Positions 52,501 through 64,000 of a DNA stretch of 64,000 nucleotides are shown piece by piece. Below the pieces are notes generated by a model that worked only from the letters and a program-made list of their open reading frames with translations, was not told the origin of the DNA and searched no databases. The stretch covers positions 27,962,001 through 28,026,000 of the forward strand of contig OZ024744.1 in the NCBI GenBank assembly GCA_964016885.1, in the 5' to 3' direction. Numbering within the stretch: position 1 is the first letter of the stretch; each line of letters opens with the position of its first letter. The position numbers and the translations under genes were made by a program. Origin of the DNA: Eledone cirrhosa. Taxonomy: Eukaryota.

Positions 52501-55500
52501 CAACAACAGTGACAATAACAGTTCTAACAGGGACAACATCAACAACAGTGACAATAACAGTTATAACAGCGACAACAACAACAGTGACATAGCAGTGATA
52601 ACAGCGACAACAACAACAACAACAGTGACAATAATAGTGATACCAGCGAGAACAACAACAACAACAACAGTGACAATAACAGTGATAACAGCGAGAACAA
52701 CAACAACAGTGACAATAACAGTGATAACAGCGACAACAACAACAATGACAATAACAGTGATAACAGCGACAACAACAATAACAATGACAATAACAGTGAT
52801 AACAGCGACAACAACAACAGTGACAATAACAGTGATTACAGCGACAGCAACAACAACAATGACAATAACAGTTATAACAGTGAGAACAACTACAAAAAGA
52901 GTAAATAATAACAGTTATAACACCGACAGCAACAAGAACAGTGAAAATAACAGTGATAACAGCGACAACAACAACAAAGACAATAACAGTGATAACAGCG
53001 ACAACAACAATAACAGTGACAATAACAGTGATAACAGCGAAAACAACAACAGTGACAATAACAGTGATAACATCGACAACAAAAACAACAGTGACAATAA
53101 CAGTTATAACAGCGACAACAACAACAGTGACAATAACAGTGATAACAGCGACAAAAACAACAACAACAGTGACAATAAGCATGATAACAACGACAACAAC
53201 AACAACAGCGACAATAACAGTGATGACAACGACGACAACAACAACAAAACAACAACAGTGACAATAACAGCGACAACAACAACACCACTGACAATAACAG
53301 TGATAACAGCGACAACAACAACAACAGTGTCAATAACAGTGATAACAGCTACAACAACAACAACAACAACAGCAGTGACAATAACAATTATAACAGCGAG
53401 AACAACAACAACCACAGTGACAATAACAGTTATAACAGTGACAACAACAACAACAATGACAATAACAGTTATAACAGCGACAACAACAACAACAATGACA
53501 ATAACAGTGATAACAGCGACAACAACAACAATGACAATAACAGTTATAACAGCGACAACAACACCAATAACAACAACAGTTATAACAGCGACATCAACAA
53601 CAACAGTGACAATAACAGTGATAACAGAGACAACAACAACAATGCCAATAACAGTTATAACAGCGACAACAACAACAGAACAATAAAAGTGATAACAGCT
53701 ACAACAACAACAACAAAACAAAAACAGTGACAATAACAGTGACAACAACAACAACAGTGACAACAACAGTTATAACAGCGACAACAACATCAAGGACAAT
53801 AATAATTATAACAGCGAGAACAATAACAACAGTAACTAATAACAGTTATATCACCGACAGCAACAACAACAACAGTGACAATAACAGTTATAACAGCGAC
53901 AACAACAGTGACAATAACAGTTATAACAGCGACAACAGCAGTGACAATAACAGTGATAAGAGCCAGAAAAACAACAACAACGATCACGATGACAGTGATA
54001 ACAGCGACAACAACAACATCAACAGTGAGAATAACAGTTATAACAGCGACAACTACAACAGTCAAAAGAACAGTTATGACAGCGACAACAACAACAACAG
54101 TGACAATAACATTTATAACAGTGACAACAACAACAGTGACAATAACAGTGATAACAGCGACAACAACAACAACAGTGACGATAACAGTGAAAACAGCGAC
54201 AACAACAACAACAATGACAATAACAGTGATAACAGGGACAACAATGACAGTAACAGTTATAACAGCGACAACAATGTCAATAACAGTGATAACAGCGACA
54301 ACAACAACAACAACAGTAACAATAACAGTGATAACAGCGAAAACAACAACAACAGTGACAATAACAGTTATAACAGGGACAACAACAACAACAACAACAG
54401 TGACAATAACAGTTATAACAGCGACAACAACAACAGTGACAATAACAGTTATAACAGCGACAACAACAACAGTGACAATAACAGTGATAACAGCGACAAC
54501 AAAAACAGTGACAATAACATTTATAACAGTGACAACAACAACAACAGTGACAATAACAGTGATAACAGCGACAACAACAACAACAGTGACAATAACAGTG
54601 TTAACAGCGACAATAACAACAACAATGGCAATAACAGTGATAACAGCGACAACAACAACAACAACAGTGACCATAACAGTGATAACTGCGAGAACAACAA
54701 CAACAACAATGACAATAACAGTGATAACAGCGACAACAACAACAACAACAATGACAGTTGTAACAGCGACAACAACAACAACAGTGACAATAACAATGAT
54801 AACAACGACAACTACAACAACAATGACAATAACAGCGACAACAACAACAACAGTGACAATAACAGCGATAACAGCGACAACAACAACAACAATGACAATA
54901 ACAGTTATAACAGCCAGAACAACAACAACGATCACGATGACAGTGATAACAGCGACAACAAGAACAACAGTGACAATAACAGTGATAACAGCGACAACAA
55001 CAACAGTGACAATAACAGTGATAACAGCGAGAACAACAACAACAACAACAGTGACAATAACAGTTATACCAGCGACGATAACAACAACAATGACAATAAC
55101 AGTGATAACAGCGACAACAACAACAACAACAACATCAATGACAATAACAGTGATAAAAGCGACAACAACAACAACAGTGACAATAACAGTGATAACAGCG
55201 ACAACAACAACAACATTGACAATAACAGTGATAACAGCGACAACAACAACAACATTGTCAATAACAGTGATAACAGCGACAATAATAACATCAATGACAA
55301 TACCAGTGATAACAGCGACACGAACAACAACAACAACAACAATGACAGTTATAACAGCGACAACAACAGTGACAATAACAGTTATAACAGCGACAACAAC
55401 AACAGTGACAAGAACAGTGATAACAGCGACAACAACAACAACAACAATGACAATAACAGCGATAACAGCGACAACAACAACAACAGTCACAATAAAAGTG

Positions 55501-57900
55501 ATAACATCGATAACAACAACAAAAACAATTACAATAACAGTGATACCAGTGACAACAACAACAACAACAACAGTGACAATAACAGCGATAACAGCGACAA
55601 CAACAACAACAATGACAACAACAGTGATAACAGCGACAACCGCAACAACAACAGTGTCAATAACAGTGATAACAGCCAGAACAACAACAACAACGATTAC
55701 GATGACAGTGATAACAGCGACAACAACAACAACAACAACAACAACAGTGACAATAACAGTGATAGCAGCGACAACAACAACAACAATGACAATAAGAGTG
55801 ATAACAGCGACAACCGCAACAACAACAGTGACATTACAGTTATAACAGCGACAACAACAGTGACAATAACAGTGATAACAGTGACAACAACAACAACAAT
55901 GACAATAACAGTTATAACAGCGAGAACAACAACAACAACAACAACAACAGTGACAATAACAGTGATAGCAGCGACAACAACAACAACAATGACAATAACA
56001 ACAACAATGACAATAACAGTGATAACAGCGACAACACCAACAACATCAATGACAATAACAGTGATAAAAGCGACAACAACAACAACAGTGACAATAACAG
56101 TGATAACAGCGACAACAACAACATTGACAATAACAGTGATAACAGCGACAACAAGAACAACAGTGACATTAACAGTTATAACAGCGACAATAACAACAAC
56201 AGTGACACTAAAAGTTATAACAGCGACAACAACAACTGACAATAACAGTGACAACAGCGACAACAACAACAATGGCAATAATAGTTATAGCAGCGACAAC
56301 AACAACAACAACAGTGACAATAACAGTGATAAAAGCGAGAACAACAACAACAACAGTGACAATAACAGTGATAACAGCGACAACCACAACAGTGACAATA
56401 ACCATGATAACAACGACAACAACGACAACAACATCGACAATAACAGTGATGACAACGACGACACCAACAACAACAACACAACAACGGTGACAATAACAGC
56501 GACAACAACAACAACAGCGACAATAACACTGATGACAACGACAACAACAACAACAAAGACAACAGTGACAATAACAGTGATAACAACAACAACAACGACA
56601 ACAACAACAGTGACAATAACAGCGACAACAACAACACCAGTGACAATAACAGTGATAACAGCGACAACAACAACAACAGTGTCAATAACAGTGATAACAG
56701 CTACAACAACAACAACAACAACAGTGACAATAACAATTATAACAGCGGCAACAACAACAACAGTGACAATAACAGTTATAACAGCGACAACAACAACAGT
56801 GACAATAAAAGTGATAACAGCGAGAACAACAACAACTACAGTGTTAATAACAGTTATAAAAGTGACAACAACAACAATGACAATAAGAGTGATAACAGCG
56901 ACAACAACAACAACAATGACAATAACAGTTATAACAGCGACAACAACAACAATAACAATAATAGTTATAACAGCGAGAACAACAACAACAGTAACTAATA
57001 ACAGTTATATCACCGACAGCAACAACAACAACAGTGACAATAACAGTTATAACAGTGACAACAACAGTGACAATAACAGTTATAACAGCGACAACAGCAG
57101 TGACAATAACAGTGATAACAGCCAGAACAACAACAACAACGATCACGATGACAGTGATAACAGCGACACGAACAACAACAACAGTGACAATAACAGAGAT
57201 AACAGCGACAAAAACAACAACAGTGACAATAAGCATGATAACAACGACAACAACAACAACAGCGACAATAACAGTGATGACAACGACGACAACAACAACA
57301 AAACAACAACAGTGACAATAACAGCGACAACAACAACACCACTGACAACAACAGTGATAACAGCGACAACAACAACAACAGTGACAATAATAACAGTGAC
57401 AATAACAGTGATAACAGCGAGAACAACAACAACCACAGTGACAATAACAGTTATAACAGTGACAACATCAACAATGACAATAACAGTAATAACAGCGACA
57501 ACAACAACAACAATGACAATAACAGTTATAACAGCGACAACAACACCAATAACAACAACAGTTATAACAGCGACAACAACAAAAACAGTGACAATAACAG
57601 TGATAACAGAGACAACAACAACAACAATGCCAATAACAGTTATAGCTGCGACAACAACAACAGAACAATAAAAGTGATAACAGCGACAACAACAACAACA
57701 AAACAACAACAGTGACAATAACAGTGACAACAACAACAACAGTGACAACAACAGTTATAACAGCGACAACAACAAAAACAACAATGACAATAACAGTTAT
57801 AACAGCGACAACAACAACAAGGACAATAATAGTTATAACAGCGAGAACAACAACAACAGTAACTAATAACAGTTATATCACCGACAGCAACAACAACAAC
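46600..57900 (+). repeat. Four dispersed copies of a ~0.6-0.7 kb variant cassette (starting ~46650, ~48860, ~53170 and ~57225)
   Basis: Ordered markers agcatgataac, aacaaaacaac, accactgac, acagaacaataaaagtg, aaggacaataat and gtaactaataac recur in each copy. Confidence 0.78.
55780..57010 (+). repeat. Dispersed, more diverged fourth copy of the right-arm higher-order unit
   Basis: Same marker order as ~37460-38600 (gacattacagtt, acaacaccaac, aagaacaac, gacactaaaagtt, aaccatgat, acaacggtgac, agcggcaac). ORF 56215 parallels ORF 37916. Confidence 0.75.
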
Positions 57901-60900
57901 AATGACAATAACAGTTATAACAGCGACAACAGCAGTGACGATAACAGTGATAACAGCCAGAACAACAACGATCACGATGACAGTGATAACAGCGACAACA
58001 ACAACAACAGTGACGATAACAGTGTAAACGGCGACAACAACAACAACAACAATGACAATAACAGTGATAACAGGGACAACAATGACAGTAACAGTTATAA
58101 CAGCGACAACAATGACAATAACAGTGATAACAGCGACAACAACAACAACAGTGAGAATAACAGTGATAACAGCGACAACAACAACTGTGACAATAACAGT
58201 TATAACAGGGACAACAACAACAACAATGACAATAACAGTTATAACATGGTCAACAACAGCAGTGACAATAACAGTTATAACAGCGACAACAACAACAACA
58301 GTGACAATAACAGTGATAACAGCGACAACAAAAACAACAGTGACAATAACATTTATAACAGTGACAACAACAACAACAACAGTGACCATAACAGTGATAA
58401 CAGCGAGAACAACAACAACAATGACAATAACAGTGATAACAGCGACAACAACAACAACAACAACAACAATGACAGTTGTAACAGCGACAACAACAACAGT
58501 GACAATAACAGTTATAACAGCGACAACAACAGTGACAATAACAGTGATAACAGCGACAACAACAACAATGACAATAACAGCGATAACAGCGACAACAACA
58601 ACAACAGTGACAATAACAGTTATAACAGCGACAACAACAACAACAGCGACAACAACAAAAACAATTACAATAACAGTGATAACAGCGACAACAACAACAA
58701 CAGTGACAATAACAGCGATAACAGCGACAACAACAACAATGACAATAACAGTGTTAACAGCGACAACCGCAACAACAACAGTGACAATAATAGTGATAAC
58801 AGCGACAACAGCAGTGAAAATAACAGTGATAACAGCCAGAACAACAACAACGATCACGATGACAGTGATAACAGCGACAACAACAACAACAGTCACAATA
58901 ACAGTGATAACAGCGACAACAACAACAACAACAGTGACAATTACAGTGATAACAGCGAGAACAACAACAACAACAGTGACAATAACAGTGATAACAGCGA
59001 GAACAACAACAACAACAACAACAGTGACAATAACAGTTATAACAGCGACAATAACAACAACAATGACAATAACAGTGATAACAGCGACAACAACAACAAC
59101 AACAACAGTGACAATAACAGTGATAACAGCGACAACAACAACAACAGTGACAATAACAGTGATAACAGCGACAACAACAACAACATTGACAATAACAGTG
59201 ATAACAGCGACAACAACAACAACAATGACAATACCAGTGATAACAGCGACACGAACAACAACAACAATGACAATAACAGTTATAACAGCGACAACAACAA
59301 CAGTGACCATAACAGTGATAACAGCGAGAACAACAACAACAACAATGACAATAACAGTGATAACAGCGACAAAAACAACAACAACAATGGCAGTTGTAAC
59401 AGCGACAACAACAACAGTGACAATAACAGTTATAACAGCGACAACAACAGTGACAATAACATTTATAACAGCGACAACAACAACATTGACAATAACAGTG
59501 ATAACAGCGACAACAACAACAACAACAATGACAATAACACCGATAACAGCGACAGCAACAACAACAACAACAGTGACAATAACAGTGATAACAGCGATAA
59601 CAACAACAACAACAACAGTGACCATAACAGTTATAACAGCGACAACAACAACAGCGACAACAACAACAAAAACAATTACAATAACAGTGATAACAGTGAC
59701 AACAACAACAACAGTGACAATAACAGCGATAACAGCGACAACAACAATAACAATGACAAGAACAGTGATAACAGCGACAACCGCAACAACAACAGTGACA
59801 ATAACAGTGATAACAGCGACAACAGCAGTGACAATAACAGTGATAACAGCCAGAACAACAACAACGATCACGATGACAGTGATAACAGCGCAACAACAAC
59901 AACAACAGTGACAATAACAGTGGTAACAGCGACAACAACAACAACAACAACAACAATGACAATAACAGTGATAACAGCGACAACCGGAACAACAACAGTG
60001 ACATTACAGTTATAACAACGACAACAACAGTAACAATAACAGTGATAACAGCGACAACAACAACAACAGTGACGATAACAGTGAAAACAGCGACAACAAC
60101 AACAACAATGACAATAACAGTGATAACAGGGACAACAATGACAGTAACAGTTATAACAGCGACAACAATAACAATAACAGTGATAACAGCGACAACAACA
60201 ACAGTGACAATAACAGTGATAACAGCGACAACAACAACAATGACAGTTGTAACACCGACAACAACAACAACAGTGACAATAACAGTTATAACAGCGACAA
60301 CAACAGTGACAATAACAGTGATAACAGCGATAACAACAACAACAACAACAACAGTGACCATAACAGTGATAACAGCGACAACAACAACAACAGTGACAAT
60401 AACAGCGATAACAGCGACAACCGCAACAACAACAGTGACAATAACAGTGATAACAGCGACAACAGCAGTGAAAATAACCGTTCATAACAGCCAGAACAAC
60501 AACGACGATCACGACGACAGTGATAACAGCGACAACAACAACAACAGTGACAATAACAGTGATAACAGCGACAACAACAACAACAACAGTGACAATAACA
60601 GATATAACAGCGACAATAACAACAACAATGACAATAACAGTGATAACAGCGACAACAACAACAACAACATCAATGACAATAACAGTGATAAAAGCGACAA
60701 CAACAACAACAGTGACAATAACAGTGATAACAGCGACAACAACAACAACATTGACAATAACAGTGATAACAGCGACAACAACAACAGTGACAATAACAGT
60801 GATAACAGCGACAATAACAACAACAATGACAATACCAGTGATAACAGCGACACGAACAACAACAACAATGACAATAACAGTGATAACAGCGACAACCGCA

Positions 60901-63900
60901 ACAACAACAGTGATAATAACAGTGATAACAGCGACAACAGCAGTGAAAATAACAGTGATAACAGCCAGAACAACAACAACGATCACGATGACAGTGATAA
61001 CAGCGACAACAACAACAACAGTGACAATAACAGTGATAACAGCGACAACAACAACAACAACAGTGACAATTACAGTGATAACAGCGAGAACAACAACAAC
61101 AACAGTGACAATAACAGTGATAACAGCGATAACAACAACAACAACAACAGTGACCATAACAGTTATAACAGCGACAACAACAACAACAGCGACAATAACA
61201 GCAATAACAGCGACAACAACAACAACAATGACAACAACAGTGATAACAGCGACAACCGCAACAACAACAGTGACAATAACAATGATAACAGCGACAACAG
61301 CAGTGACAATAACAGTGATAACAGCCAGAACAACAACAACGATCACGATGACAGTGATAACAGCGACAACAAAGACAACAACAACAACAGTGACAATAAC
61401 AGTGATAACAGCGACAACAACAACAACAACAACAATGACAATAACAGTGATAACAGCGACAACCGCAACAACAACAGTGACATTACAGTTATAACAGCGA
61501 CAACAACAGTGACAATAACAGTGATAACAGCGACAACAACAACAACAGTGACTATAACAGTGAAAACAGCGACAACAACAACAACAATCACAATAACAGT
61601 GATAACAACCGCAACAACAACAGTGACAATAACAGTGATAACAGCGACAACAGCAGTGACAATAACAGTGATAACAGCCAGAACAACAACAACGATCACG
61701 ATGACAGTGATAACAGCGACAACAACAACAATGACAATAACAGTGATAACAGCGACAACCGCAACAACAACAGTGACATTACAGTTATAACAGCGACAAC
61801 AACAGTGACAATAACAGTGATAACACCGACAACAACAACAACAGTGACGATAATAGTGAAAACAGCGACAACAACAACAACAATGACAATAACAGTGATA
61901 ACAGGGACAACAATGACAGTAAAAGTTATAACAGCGACAACAATGACAATAACAGTGATAACAGCGACAACAACAACAACAACAGTGACAATAACAGTGA
62001 TAACAGCGACAACAACAACAGTGACAATAACAGTTATAACAGGGACAACAACAACAACAGTGACAATAACAGTTATAACAGCGACAAGAACAACAGTGAC
62101 AATAACAGTTATAACAGCGACAACAACAACAACAGTGACAATAACAGTGATAACAGCGACAACAAAAACAACAGTGACAATAACATTTATAACAGTGACA
62201 ACAACAACAGTGACAATAACAGTGATAACAGCGACAACAACAGTGACAATAACAGTGATAACAGCGACAATAACAACAACAATGGCAATAACAGTGATAA
62301 CCGCGAGAACAACAACAACAACAGTGACATTAACAGTTATAACAGCGACAACAACAACAGTGACCATAACAGTGATAACAGCGAGAACAACAACAACAAC
62401 AATGACAATAACAGTGATAACAGCGAAAACACAACAACAACAACAATGACAGTTGTAACAGCGACAACAACAACAGTGACAATAACATTTATAACAGCGA
62501 CAACAACAGTGACAATAACAGTGATAACAGCGACAACAACAACAACAATGACAATAACAGCGATAACAGCGACAACAACAACAACAGTGACAATAACAGT
62601 GATAACAGCGATAACAACAACAACAACAACAGTAACTATAACAGTTATAACAGCGACAACAACAACAACAGCGACAACAACAACAAAAACAATGACAATA
62701 ACAGTGATAACAGCGACAACAACAACAGTGACAATAACAGCGATAACAGCGACAACAACAACAACAATGACAATAACAGTGATAGCAGCGACAACCGCAA
62801 CAACAACAGTGACAATAACAGTGATAACAGCTACAACAGCAGTGAAAATAACAGTGATAACAGCCAGAACAACAACAACGATCACGATGACAGTGATAAC
62901 AACGACAACAACAACAACAGTGACAATAACAGTGATAACAGCGACAACAACAACAACAGTGACAATTACAGTGATAACAACGAGAACAACAACAACAGTG
63001 ATAACAGCGAGAACAACAACAACAACAACAACAGTGACAATAACAGTTATAACAGCGACAATAACAACAACAATGACAATAACAGTGATAACAGCGACAA
63101 CAACAACAACAACATCAATGACAATAACAGTGATAAAGGCGACAACAACAACAACAGTGACAATAACAGTGATAACAGCGACAACAACAACAACATTGAC
63201 AATAACAGTGATAACAGCGACAACAACAACAACATTGACAATAATAGTGATAACAGCGACAATAACAACAACAATGACAATACCAGTGATAACAGCGACA
63301 CGAACAACAACAACAATTAAAATAACAGTGATAACAGCGAGAACAACAACAACAACAGTGACATTAACAGTTATAACAGCGACAACAACAACAACAACAG
63401 TGACCATAACAGTGTTAACAGCGAGAACAACAACAATGACAATAACAGTGATAACAGCGACAACAACAACAACAACAATGACAGTTGTAACAGCGACAAC
63501 AACAACAACAACAGTGACAATAACAGTTATAACAGCGACAACAACAGTGACAATAACAGTTATAACAGCGACAACAACAACAGTGACAATAACAGTGATA
63601 ACAGCGAGAACAACAACAACAATGACAATAACACCGATAACAGCGACAACAACAACAACAACAACAGTCACAATAACAGTGATAACAGCGATAACAACAA
63701 CAGCAACAGTGACCAAAACAGTTATAACAGCGACAACAAAAACAACAACAGCGACAACAACAAAAACAATTACAATAACAGTGATAACAGTGACAACAAC
63801 AACAACAACAGTGACAATAACAGCGATAACAGCGACAACAACAACAACAATGACAACAACAGTGATAACAGCGACAACCGCAACAACAACAGTGACAATA

Positions 63901-64000
63901 ACAGTGATAACAGCGACAACAGCAGTGACAATAACAGTGATAACAGCCAGAACAACAACAACGATCACGATGACAGTGATAACAGCGACAACAACAACAA

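Larger units (their letters stand above)
36594..64000 (+). repeat. Satellite array, right arm: same family in the opposite orientation; truncated by the window end
   Basis: Tandem agtgacaataacagtgataacagcgac(aac)n, the exact reverse complement of the left-arm consensus, runs to the last base. Confidence 0.98.

Noticed and set aside
1-64000. CRISPR array (27-bp constant unit with variable intervening sequence)
   Set aside because: The intervening sequences are short (AAC)n runs, not unique spacers. There is no leader or cas gene.
1-64000. Direct telomerase product with stuttering
   Set aside because: Tail lengths and point variants are inherited in kb-scale blocks, which indicates DNA-level duplication rather than repeated copying of one RNA template.

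Overview
The whole 64 kb is one satellite DNA family. I see no unique sequence, gene, RNA gene or transposon. Written on the AAC-rich strand, the monomer is a near-constant 27-bp core (AGT GAC AAT AAC AGT GAT AAC AGC GAC) plus a variable (AAC)n tail, mostly 33-45 bp in total, or about 1,700 monomers by length estimate. The array has two oppositely oriented arms: 1-36590 (GTT-rich on +) and 36594-64000 (AAC-rich on +). They join with essentially no spacer at ~36591-36594. The arms are not mirror images: they share the consensus and one rare +1 indel, but each has private variants, its own higher-order repeats (3249, 2346 and 13258/13222 bp offsets on the left; ~1.8-1.9 kb on the right) and a different frameshift load. 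The giant ORFs in the track are best explained by triplet periodicity. The organism cannot be identified from the sequence; a eukaryotic heterochromatic locus is my inference. All offsets and counts were read by eye and need alignment to confirm.
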